Assembly: GCA_045863235.1 (NCBI GenBank)
Contig: BTUM01000087.1
Location: 1 to 31,104, forward strand
Length of the DNA stretch: 31,104 bases
Reading direction: 5' to 3'
Origin: Candidatus Xenobia bacterium
GTDB lineage: Bacteria; Vulcanimicrobiota; Xenobia; Xenobiales; QWHO01
The position numbers and the translations under genes were made by a program. The notes under the pieces were generated by a model. The model was not told where the DNA came from, searched no databases, and saw only the letters and a list, made by a program, of their open reading frames with translations. Positions 23,197-31,104 of the stretch are shown piece by piece; positions within the stretch are counted from its first letter, which is position 1, and each line of letters begins with the position of its first letter.

Positions 23197-25695
23197 GTGC
23201 TCGAAGTCTTAAGGGGGGTTCCGGCGGCGCTCCTGGCCATCTGGTGGATTTTGCTGCTGTTTGCGCCCGCTCTGGCCCAGGACGACCTGGGCATGGTGCG
23301 TCTGCCGGGGGGCGCCGTGGAGCGAGTGGAGGTTCCCGGCGGCCCCATCGTGCTCTTGCAACCCATCCCCGACCTGCCCTGCGCGGCCGTGTGCCTGCTG
23401 GTTCCGGCTGGCTCGCGCTCGGACCCGGTCGGCAAGGCGGGCATGGCCCACCTGACCGAGCACTTCATGTTCCGGGCTACCCCCAGCTTCCCGGGCGGGT
23501 TGTTGCCGGCTCTCTACGAGGAGATCGGCGCCCGCCGGGGAGCGGCCACCACCGAAGACTCGCTCTTGTTCTGGGCCACCGTGCCCTCGCGCCAGCTCGA
23601 CCTTGCTCTGAAGGTGGAGGCCGATCGTCTGGCCGGGCTCGAGTTCTCCCAGTCCGACTTTGACCGCGAGTGCGAGCTGGTGGCCGCCGAGCTCTCCCGC
23701 ACCTCACCCGCCCAGCGCCAGGCCCAGGAGGTGCGCCACTCGCTCTGGCCCTTCGACCCGGCCCGCAGCGTGCCGGTAGCGGGGCGTGCCGAGGCCATCG
23801 AGGCCCTGCAACCGGCCGACGTGCGCCGTTTTTACACAGACCACGTGCGTCGCGACCAGGCCGTGCTGGTGGTGGTCGGCGGCTTCTCGCGACCCAAGGT
23901 GCGCCAGCACCTGTGGCGGATCTTCCCCCGCTCCTCCGATGGCGCCCCTCCCCTGCCCCCGGCGGCCCCCATCGCGCCTCAACCGGGCCTGCGCGAGCGG
24001 GCCGGAGAAGCCGGCGGCGCGGCTCCCGCGGTGGTGGCGACCTATCCGCTGGAAGGGGCCCGCTCGGGCGAGCTGGCAGCCGTCCAGGTGGCCTGCGCCG
24101 CCCTGGGTTGCCAGTATCTGCTCGACCCTGCCACTTCCACGCTGCAGATCAAGCTGAGCCTGGACTCGTCCGGCTCGCCCGCAGGAGCCCTGGAGCTGCT
24201 CAAATCCCGGCTGGCGCGGGTGCGCGAGGTGGCCCTCGAGCCTTCCGCCCTGGAAGCCGCCAAAGCCCGCGCCCGGGCCAGCTTTTTCGAAGCCTGGGAA
24301 GATCCGGCCCGACGAGCCCGCGATCTGGCCATCGCTGAGGCCTGGGGCCACCTGGACTGGTATGTCGAGCTACCGGGCCGCATCGCCGCCCTGCGCGCCG
24401 AGCCCCTGCGCGAGGCGGCCCAGCGCTGGCTGGCCCCAGAGCGGGCCGCGGTGGTCTACCTGGAGGGCACCCCCGGCGCCGGCCCGGCCGCCGCCGAACT
24501 GGCCGAGGCCCGGGCCGACGAAGACCTGGCCAGCCCCGGGCTGCCTCCCTTCGCTCGCATCAAGCTCGACAACCAGCTGGTGGTGCTGGTGCAGAAGGTG
24601 AAGGATCTCCCCACCGTGGCCATCCGCGGCTATGTGCTGGGGGGCGAGCAGCTCGACCCGCCCGACCGCCGGGGGCTGACAGACCTCTCGGCCCGGGTGC
24701 TGGGCGACCGCGATGAGCCCGGCCTGAAGCTACGCTTCACTCCCCAGCTGCAGACCCTGGAGGTGGAGGGCTGGTGCCCCACCGACCAGTTGCCGCGCTG
24801 GACCGAGCTCCTGGCCGAGGCCCTGGTGAAACCCCGGGTCGACCCCGAGCGGCTGGCCCGAGAGCTTCAAGAAACCGGCGATCCCGCTTACCGGGCGTTC
24901 CTGGGCAGGGCTTATCCGCCCGAGCATCCGTATTCCCGCTCCGAGAGCCTGCGCCAGGCCACTGTCGCCGAGGTGCAGGACCACCTGGCCCGCAGCTTGC
25001 GGCCCGACCGCGTGGTGCTGGCCGTCTCGGGGGACGTGGAGCCCTCCCAGGTCGAGCGCCTGGTGCGGGCCCGGCTCGACTCCTGGAAGGCCGAGCCCGC
25101 CCCCCCTCTCATCGGTGTGCCGGGCGCGCCGATACCCGCAGGAGCGCGGGTGGAGCTGACCGGCCCGGGTCCGCTGGCCACCGTGCTGGTGGGCCATCCC
25201 GGGCCCGGCCGCAACGAGAGCGACTACTACGCCTTCAACCTGCTCAACCAGGTGCTGGGCGGCAATCCCGTCACCTCGCGCCTGGCCGTGCGCCTGCGCG
25301 ACCTGGAGCGGCTGGGCCCGCGGGTGGAGAGCCGGCTGATCCCGGCCTCCGGCTCCTCGCCCTGGGCCGTGGTGGCCCAGGTCGAGCCGGACAAGGTGGA
25401 TCGGGCCGTGGCGGTGATCACCGACGAGCTGCGCAAGGCCACGGTCTATGCCCCCACCGAGGAGGAGCTGGTGCGGGCCCGCACCTCGCTGGAAGGACGC
25501 CTGCAGGTGGCCCAGGGGGCGGGCTCGGCCCGGGCGGCCATGCTGGCCAGCGTCGAGCTGTATCGCCTGACCGAGAGCTATCCGCGCGACTTCTCCGGGC
25601 TCTACGGCCGGATCGGCGCCAAAGACCTTCTGGCCACGGCCAGGGCGCGGCTTCACCCGGACAACCTGGTGGTGGTCGTGGTCCGACCCCGTTGA
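23197..25695 (+). CDS. M16 (pitrilysin/PqqL-like) peptidase, fused two-unit form, exported
   Basis: Signal peptide (ALA/Q), GSRSDPVGKAGMAHLTEH inverted zincin HxxEH, second M16 unit with LLNQVLGG..SRL. Confidence 0.88.
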   Translation: MLEVLRGVPAALLAIWWILLLFAPALAQDDLGMVRLPGGAVERVEVPGGPIVLLQPIPDLPCAAVCLLVPAGSRSDPVGKAGMAHLTEHFMFRATPSFPGGLLPALYEEIGARRGAATTEDSLLFWATVPSRQLDLALKVEADRLAGLEFSQSDFDRECELVAAELSRTSPAQRQAQEVRHSLWPFDPARSVPVAGRAEAIEALQPADVRRFYTDHVRRDQAVLVVVGGFSRPKVRQHLWRIFPRSSDGAPPLPPAAPIAPQPGLRERAGEAGGAAPAVVATYPLEGARSGELAAVQVACAALGCQYLLDPATSTLQIKLSLDSSGSPAGALELLKSRLARVREVALEPSALEAAKARARASFFEAWEDPARRARDLAIAEAWGHLDWYVELPGRIAALRAEPLREAAQRWLAPERAAVVYLEGTPGAGPAAAELAEARADEDLASPGLPPFARIKLDNQLVVLVQKVKDLPTVAIRGYVLGGEQLDPPDRRGLTDLSARVLGDRDEPGLKLRFTPQLQTLEVEGWCPTDQLPRWTELLAEALVKPRVDPERLARELQETGDPAYRAFLGRAYPPEHPYSRSESLRQATVAEVQDHLARSLRPDRVVLAVSGDVEPSQVERLVRARLDSWKAEPAPPLIGVPGAPIPAGARVELTGPGPLATVLVGHPGPGRNESDYYAFNLLNQVLGGNPVTSRLAVRLRDLERLGPRVESRLIPASGSSPWAVVAQVEPDKVDRAVAVITDELRKATVYAPTEEELVRARTSLEGRLQVAQGAGSARAAMLASVELYRLTESYPRDFSGLYGRIGAKDLLATARARLHPDNLVVVVVRPR

Positions 25696-25758
25696 CGCCT
25701 AGGAGCGCAGCCGGACCCCCTTGACACGGTTTTCCGGCTGCGCGACGCCCTACATTTT

Positions 25759-25839
25759 GCTAGAAGTCCGGCCGCCTACAACATCCTGTGGTGACGGTGC
25801 CTCCGACACCACAGGGGGGTTTGCGGCCGGACTTCTAGC
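25759..25839. ncRNA. Candidate structured RNA/DNA element, 81-nt long hairpin
   Basis: Perfect 17-bp outer stem GCTAGAAGTCCGGCCGC/GCGGCCGGACTTCTAGC, internal loop, 9-bp inner stem CCTGTGGTG/CACCACAGG. TACATT at 25751 and TTGACA at 25721 upstream on +. Confidence 0.45.
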
Positions 25840-26866
25840 GTCTGGCCCAGCAAAGGGTCGAGGCAGCCTCGACGACCCGGTCCGCCTCCTCGTCGCTGAG
25901 CGAGGGGTAGAGCGGCAGAGAGAGCGAGGTCCGCCAGCGGGCCTCGGCGTTCGGGTACTCTTCGGCAGAAAGTCCCAGGAAGTGGTGAATGGGACGGAAC
26001 ACGGGCAGGCGCGCGTCCACGCCCAACTCGCGCAGGCGCGTCACGCCCACGACAGCCTCTTCGACCTGGACCACGAAGCGAAAGAAGACCTCGCCCGCCT
26101 GCTCGACAGGCAGGCGCAGTCCAGTCCCAGCCAGGCGCTGCCGATAGAGGCTCGCCAGCTCGCGGCGGCGCGCGATGAACCTGGCGAGCTTTCCAAGCTG
26201 GACTCGCAGCATGGCCCCGGAGAGGTCGGTCATCTTGTAGTTGAAGCGCTCGGCCCAGTCGGTCCGGCCGTCATAACTGCGCCGGTCGCGCACCAGCGCC
26301 AACAGCCGCTCGTCCTGGCTCAGCACGGCGCCGCCCTCGGCTCCCGCCAGCATCTTGGTCGCGTAAAAGGAGAAGATGGTGGCCTGGCCGTGCCGGCCCA
26401 GTCCCTCGACGCCCAGCGACTGCGTTCCGTCCTCGACGATGGGAACGGACAGTGGCTCGAGCGGGACCCTTCGCCCAAAGAGGTGCGGAACCACGACCGC
26501 GGCGGTATCCGAGGCGATCAAGCTCCGGACGTGCTCGAGGTCGACGTCGGGCGCATCCGGCACCGAGTCGGCCAGAACGGGGCTCGCGCCCGTGTAAAGA
26601 ACGGAGTTGAGCACCGAGACGCAACAGTAGGCGGGAAGAATGACGCTTCGGCCCGGACCCGCGCCGAGGCCAAGCAGGGCCAGGTGCAGCGCCCCCGTTC
26701 CGTGGGCCACGGCCACGGCGTTGCCGCAGCCAAGGGCAGCCGACAGCTCGCTCTCGAAGGCCGCGACCTCGGGCCCCTCGGCCAGCATGCCGCCCATGAC
26801 GACGCGATGGACGGCCTCGGCTTCTTCAGGCCCGACGGTGGGACGGCTGTGAGGGACCAGGCTCAT
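25835..26866 (-). CDS. DegT/DnrJ/EryC1/StrS PLP-dependent sugar aminotransferase
   Basis: GPEVAAFE, GTGALHLAL, IVEDGTQSLG, SFYATKMLAGAEGG (PLP Lys), NYKMTDL, LSLPLYP. Confidence 0.93.
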   Translation of the reverse strand: MSLVPHSRPTVGPEEAEAVHRVVMGGMLAEGPEVAAFESELSAALGCGNAVAVAHGTGALHLALLGLGAGPGRSVILPAYCCVSVLNSVLYTGASPVLADSVPDAPDVDLEHVRSLIASDTAAVVVPHLFGRRVPLEPLSVPIVEDGTQSLGVEGLGRHGQATIFSFYATKMLAGAEGGAVLSQDERLLALVRDRRSYDGRTDWAERFNYKMTDLSGAMLRVQLGKLARFIARRRELASLYRQRLAGTGLRLPVEQAGEVFFRFVVQVEEAVVGVTRLRELGVDARLPVFRPIHHFLGLSAEEYPNAEARWRTSLSLPLYPSLSDEEADRVVEAASTLCWARR

Positions 26867-26894
26867 CGAGGGAGAATTCCCCGCCCGCGGCCTG

Positions 26895-27656
26895 CTACCC
26901 CTGCAGGCGCAGCACGTAGGTGCCCGGGGGACGGCCGGTCAGCTCCTCGTTGAAGGAGATCAGCTGCCCCACGCAGGCATCTCCCTCACCCCGGGCCAGG
27001 CGCACCACCATCCGGGCGGCCGCCTCGGGGAGAACCTCCTCTTGCTGCATGTAAGGTCCGAACCAGGCCAGAGATTCCTTGCCCTCGAGCAGGATCCGCT
27101 CGGTCATCTCGGTGCGAACCGTGCCCGGATGCAGGGCGAAGACGCGGACGCCGTGCAGCCCCGCCTCCATGGCCAGCCCCTCGGTGAAGCGCAAGAGGGC
27201 GGTCTTGCTGACCACGTAGGCCATCAGGTTGGGAATGGCTGCCGCGCCCGCGCCGCTGGCCACGTTGATGATGCGGCCCTGGCGGCGGGGCAGCATGCTC
27301 TTGAGCACTTCGCGGCAAAGCAGCATGGGACCGCGCAGGTTGACCTCCATGCAGCGCCACCAATCCTCCGGGTCGTTCTCCCACAGCGGCCCAACCGGCC
27401 CGCCCAGCCCGGCGTTGTTGACCAGCAGGTCCACCGGTCCCAGGGCTTGCTCCACCTGACGGTAGAGCTCGCGGGCGGTGTCGGGGTGGCTGACGTCCCC
27501 GGCCAGCCCCAGGCAGCCCAGCTCGCCAGCAGTCTTTTCCACCAGCTCGCGGGATCGCGCCACCACGGCCACCCGCATGCCCTCAGCGACCAGGGCGGCC
27601 GCGATGGCGCGCCCGATGCCTCGTGTTCCGCCCGTGACCAGTGCCACTCCCATCAT
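26895..27656 (-). CDS. SDR family oxidoreductase
   Basis: TGGTRGIG, LVNNAG, NVAS, YVVSK, HPGTVRT; GAGGAG SD before ATG 27656. Confidence 0.93.
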   Translation of the reverse strand: MMGVALVTGGTRGIGRAIAAALVAEGMRVAVVARSRELVEKTAGELGCLGLAGDVSHPDTARELYRQVEQALGPVDLLVNNAGLGGPVGPLWENDPEDWWRCMEVNLRGPMLLCREVLKSMLPRRQGRIINVASGAGAAAIPNLMAYVVSKTALLRFTEGLAMEAGLHGVRVFALHPGTVRTEMTERILLEGKESLAWFGPYMQQEEVLPEAAARMVVRLARGEGDACVGQLISFNEELTGRPPGTYVLRLQG

Positions 27657-27660
27657 CCAC

Positions 27661-30600
27661 TCACTCCTCTCGCGTGAAGACCTGGCACGCATCCCAGCGA
27701 ACCCGGCTGTCGCTGTCGCGGCGCAAAGCCAGCAAACGCTCGCGCCACTCTTGCTCCCAGCCGCTGCGACGACCGGCGGCCGCCACCAGGCGCACCGCCA
27801 TGCGCCGCCAGGCTGGAGGACCCGGAGACAGGCGCTCGTAAGCTCGCTCCAGCCCCTCCCAGAGGAAGCCTGGGTCAGCCAGCTCAGCCTCGAAAGCGCC
27901 CAGAGCGATCTCGTCGCTCTCGGCGGGGTCTTCCAGGCTTTGCAAAGCAGGCCAGTCGAGCGCGGCCACCCGCAGTCTCACGCCCAGCTCGCCCCCCACC
28001 AGGTGCCGCAGGGTCTCGCTCAAGGCCTTGCGCTTGCGCCACGCCACCCCGCAGAGCAACCTGACCAGCCGGTTGAGCCGTTGCCAGGCGGGGCGGTCCC
28101 GCTCGGGCTCAGCATCCGGAGCTCCCGGCCGGGCCTCCAAAGCCCGAGCAGCCTCGGTCAGCACCTCCAGCCCTAGCCCGTCGCCGGCCACCCGCACCAG
28201 GCCCTCGGCCGCCAGGCGCCACTCGGGGCCGACCTCGAGGTCCAGCAGCGCGCACGCCAGGGCCCGGGCCACCGGCTCCTCCAGTCCGGCCGCCCACTGC
28301 GGCAGGGCTCCGAAGGCCGCCTCGCGCACGCGCGGGTCGCTCGAGCTGGCCACCCGGATCACCAGCTCGGCGTAGCGTCGCCGGGCCCTCTCGGGCAGAA
28401 GCTCGGGGGACTGATCGAGCAGAGCCCGGGTCACTTCGGCCTGCCCCCGGGTAGCCTCAGACAGTATCTCCCAGCATGTCTCGTCCAAAATGGCCCTGGC
28501 CGCGTGCAGCACGGCGATGCGGACATCACGGTGCAACTCGGGACGCTGCCACTGCCAAAGCAGAGTTTGCGAGGCGCCGCTGACCCGGTGAGCGCCCAGC
28601 AGCCGCAGGGCCTCTTTGTGCACGGTGACCTTGAGCCTCTCACGAGAGAGCAGCTCGCCCAGCTTCTCGGCCAGCAGGTCGGGCGGAGTGAAGCGGGCAA
28701 CCCGGGGGACGGCGTACATGGCCACCCGGGCCCGGTCGCTGTCGAGGTATTGCAGGAGCTCGGAGAGCGCCTGGCCCGGCTGATCGAGGTAGGTCGCCCC
28801 CTGCAGCGCAGCCTCCTGCAGGGGCACGTGCGTGTCGCTCAGGTAGCCCCGCAGGTCTTCCAGGCTGGTCGTCAGGAGCCGGCACAGGGTGAACAGGGTG
28901 GCGGAGCGCTCTGTATCGTGGCGCTTAGTGTCCTCGATGACCGGGCGCAGGAGCCTGGCGAACGCCTGCTGCTGGCGCGGCAACCAGCGGCGGAAGCCAT
29001 CTCGAGCCGGGATGAGGTAGATGGTCTTCTGGCTGACGAAGCGGCCCTTGATGACCTTGCCCTGCAGGTAGGGGTCGAGCCAGTCCTGGCGGCGCCGGTG
29101 CACATGCCAGAAGACGGTCTGGATGGCGATCACGGAAGGGTCACGATCGAGCAGCTTGCGTGCCCTCTGATCGCGGTGGGCGGGGTCCTCGAGCCAGAGG
29201 TGGACGGCCCGGTGAGCCACCCAATCGGGTGTGGCCCGGGTGGCCTCCTCGAGCAGCTTTTGCAGGCCAGGCAGGTTGCGGGCTCTCTTGCCCAGGGCTG
29301 CGGCCAGGCTCAACACCGGGCTGTAGCGGTCCCGCTCGTTGGAAGCCTTGATCCAGCGCTGGAAAGCACCGTAAAGAGCCTGCTCGCTGCCCCGGGGCAG
29401 GTCGCTCAAGCGCGGCCAGGCCAGGCTGCCGCTCTGGCCTACCAGCTTTCTCTGCAGGTCGAGACTGAAGGGTAGGAACGGGCCCTCGGGGTCGAGCGCT
29501 CCCCGGCGCAGCAGCTCCATTCCCAGCTGTTGCAGGGTGTTGCGGGTGGCCCAGGAGGTATCCCGGGCCTGCACCACGGCTTCCACCAGTTGGCCCAGCG
29601 GCTCGAGGCTGGAAGGGCCGAGCTGGCTGGCCCGCAGCGCCGCGCAGGCAGCCAGGCGCACCGGGTCCTGCTCGTTCTTCAGGCGCGGGACGAGACGCTG
29701 GAGCAAGGCCCCCAGGTCGGCGCGGTTGAGGGCGTAGCACTTGAGCAAGCGGCCCAGGGCCAGCGCCCGGTCCTCGGCCAGGGCCGCCCGGGTCTCGCTC
29801 TCCAGGATGCCTTCCCCCACGGCGATGGAGGCGAAGGCGGCCACCTCCTGGAGGCGCTGAGGCTCGAGGCTGACAGCCCGCAGGCCGAGCATGCGCTCGG
29901 CTTCGCGAATGCGCAGCTGGTGAGGCAGACACTCGAGCATCTCCAGGGGCCACTCGCGGGCGCTCAGGTCGGTGCCCTGATAAGCGGCCTCGAAGGCTGC
30001 CTGGCGCCAGGAAGGCGGGCAGGCCGCCAGCAAACGGGCCACCAGCGTCGAATCGTGGGCAAAGTGACGGGCCAGGCGCTGGATGCGCTCGCTCCCCAGT
30101 CGCCTCATCTTGCGAGCCAGATCGGCCGGGGGGGGCAGCTCGGCCCGGGTGAGCAGAGCCTCGACCAGGTCGGGCTGGCTCCTGGCCAGCAGGCCCAGCG
30201 GGAGCGGTGGAAGCTGCTCGGGTGGATGCAGCTCGAGAGCCAGCTGCAATAGCTCGCCCGGGTGGTGCTCGGCCAGCACCCGCCAGGCCTCGCGATAGAC
30301 CTGCCAGAGCCGGGCTCGCTCGCGGTCGGGAGCGCTTTCCAGGCGCTGGCGCAAGAAGGCCAGGGTGGGGGCCGGGTGACGGGTCGCCAGCCCACCCCAG
30401 TTGGCCAGACGCGGGGCCAGGCGGGGCAGGTGGCGGGCCAGCTCCTCGGCCGAGAGAGCCCGCAGCAGGTGCACCGCCTCGCCCGGACCGTAGCGCTCCT
30501 CTACCATGGGAAGCAGGGCGGCAGCCTGCTCGGGAGTGGCCCGGGTGGACAGGATGGAGAGCAGACCGGCGCGCACCGAGGGGCAAACGCGGGTCAGGTA

Positions 30601-30882
30601 AGGGCCCAGGTCGCTTAGCGTGGGCAGGCTGCGCAGCAGGCCCAGCGCACAGCCCGTCACGCTGGCGCGAGGGTCGAGCAGTGCCTGGAGCAGACGCTCG
30701 GGGCGCCCGGCGTGGCGCGCTCCCACCAGCGCCAGGCCAGGGTGCTCCGAGGCCAGGCCGTCGAGCCAGGCGCTCAGGCCAGGATTGTCGGCATGCTCAC
30801 GGGCCACCTGCGCCACACGCTGGACCCGGGCGTTGTAGCAGAGCCGGTCCAGCTCTTTTGTCAGGTCGGGGATGCGAGCCAT
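27661..30882 (-). CDS. Large (1073 aa) uncharacterised alpha-helical/HEAT-like repeat protein
   Basis: Leu/Ala/Arg-rich helical ORF with HEAT-like units (NEQDPVRLAACAAL, DPRVREAAFGAL, DSDSRVRWDA). Start set at MARIPDL because the upstream ORF extension is translated tandem repeat. Confidence 0.8.
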   Translation of the reverse strand: MARIPDLTKELDRLCYNARVQRVAQVAREHADNPGLSAWLDGLASEHPGLALVGARHAGRPERLLQALLDPRASVTGCALGLLRSLPTLSDLGPYLTRVCPSVRAGLLSILSTRATPEQAAALLPMVEERYGPGEAVHLLRALSAEELARHLPRLAPRLANWGGLATRHPAPTLAFLRQRLESAPDRERARLWQVYREAWRVLAEHHPGELLQLALELHPPEQLPPLPLGLLARSQPDLVEALLTRAELPPPADLARKMRRLGSERIQRLARHFAHDSTLVARLLAACPPSWRQAAFEAAYQGTDLSAREWPLEMLECLPHQLRIREAERMLGLRAVSLEPQRLQEVAAFASIAVGEGILESETRAALAEDRALALGRLLKCYALNRADLGALLQRLVPRLKNEQDPVRLAACAALRASQLGPSSLEPLGQLVEAVVQARDTSWATRNTLQQLGMELLRRGALDPEGPFLPFSLDLQRKLVGQSGSLAWPRLSDLPRGSEQALYGAFQRWIKASNERDRYSPVLSLAAALGKRARNLPGLQKLLEEATRATPDWVAHRAVHLWLEDPAHRDQRARKLLDRDPSVIAIQTVFWHVHRRRQDWLDPYLQGKVIKGRFVSQKTIYLIPARDGFRRWLPRQQQAFARLLRPVIEDTKRHDTERSATLFTLCRLLTTSLEDLRGYLSDTHVPLQEAALQGATYLDQPGQALSELLQYLDSDRARVAMYAVPRVARFTPPDLLAEKLGELLSRERLKVTVHKEALRLLGAHRVSGASQTLLWQWQRPELHRDVRIAVLHAARAILDETCWEILSEATRGQAEVTRALLDQSPELLPERARRRYAELVIRVASSSDPRVREAAFGALPQWAAGLEEPVARALACALLDLEVGPEWRLAAEGLVRVAGDGLGLEVLTEAARALEARPGAPDAEPERDRPAWQRLNRLVRLLCGVAWRKRKALSETLRHLVGGELGVRLRVAALDWPALQSLEDPAESDEIALGAFEAELADPGFLWEGLERAYERLSPGPPAWRRMAVRLVAAAGRRSGWEQEWRERLLALRRDSDSRVRWDACQVFTREE

Positions 30883-30918
30883 GGCATGCGGGCGTTTCCA
30901 TTTACCGACCGAGAAGGC

Positions 30919-31104
30919 CTGCCCCGGAATGTGCGCGGAGTTGCCCGCGCATGTGCCTGCATGTCCAGGCACATTTCCGGACTGCCCGGAATGTGCGCGG
31001 AGTTGCCGGCACATGTGCCTGCATGTCCAGGCACATTTCTGGACTGCCGGGGAATGTGCGCGGAGTTGCCCGCGCATGTGCCTGCATGTCCAGGCACATT
31101 TCTG
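30919..31104. repeat. Tandem repeat, 62-63-bp period, about 3 copies, truncated by the window edge
   Basis: GGAATGTGCGCGGAGTTGCC starts at 30926, 30988 and 31051. Each unit has the hairpin ATGTGCCTG-catgtc-CAGGCACAT, with a few substitutions between copies. Confidence 0.95.

Noticed and set aside
88..23663. Long antisense or overlapping ORFs (e.g. 88-2040 -, 2092-3702 -, 7878-10940 +, 10763-12238 +, 13697-15610 +, 21402-23663 +)
   Set aside because: Shadow ORFs expected from high-GC codon bias. They lie opposite genes with clear family motifs and have no motifs of their own.
25759..25839. Hairpin as integron attC, SRP RNA, tRNA or a functional NrdR operator
   Set aside because: No RYYYAAC/GTTRRRY ends, no SRP domain IV, no cloverleaf, and no nrd gene adjacent.
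25835..27656. DegT + SDR as a polysaccharide or antibiotic biosynthetic cluster
   Set aside because: No glycosyltransferases, nucleotidyltransferase or core synthase adjacent.
30861..31104. Right repeat as CRISPR, or as Cys-rich small ORFs / N-terminal extension of the 27661 gene
   Set aside because: No spacers. The 62/63-bp period shifts frame, so the peptides are just translations of the repeat.

Overview
A high-GC (roughly 70% by eye) bacterial chromosomal segment from a diderm organism (it has a TolC-type efflux channel). Gene style suggests a poorly studied lineage such as Ca. Eremiobacterota/Xenobia, but that is unverified inference. Both ends run into different ~62-bp palindromic tandem repeats, probably assembly breaks. 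There are about 22 CDSs: DUF2723/TMEM260-like glycosyltransferase, degenerate HtpG-like/TPR protein, agmatine/peptidylarginine deiminase-family enzyme, MFS transporter, Arg-rich secreted protein, czcCBA preceded by a RAPP-motif leader ORF, CBS and DUF1003 proteins, ppc, SRPBCC, S1/P1 nuclease, ggt, M16 peptidase, DegT aminotransferase, SDR and a large helical-repeat protein. No rRNA, tRNA, CRISPR or transposase was seen. Most notable signals: (1) four adjacent genes (3.7-7.7 kb) share one promoter architecture, 11-bp-period TTTCAG repeats ending exactly 10 nt before a -10 hexamer, suggesting an OmpR/PhoB-type mini-regulon linking a deiminase, a transporter and an Arg-rich exported protein; (2) a Cys/His + RAPP arrest-peptide ORF followed by two overlapping hairpins over the czcC ribosome-binding site; (3) enzymes with non-Sec, export-signal-like N-terminal leaders; (4) an 81-nt intergenic hairpin that is a candidate ncRNA.
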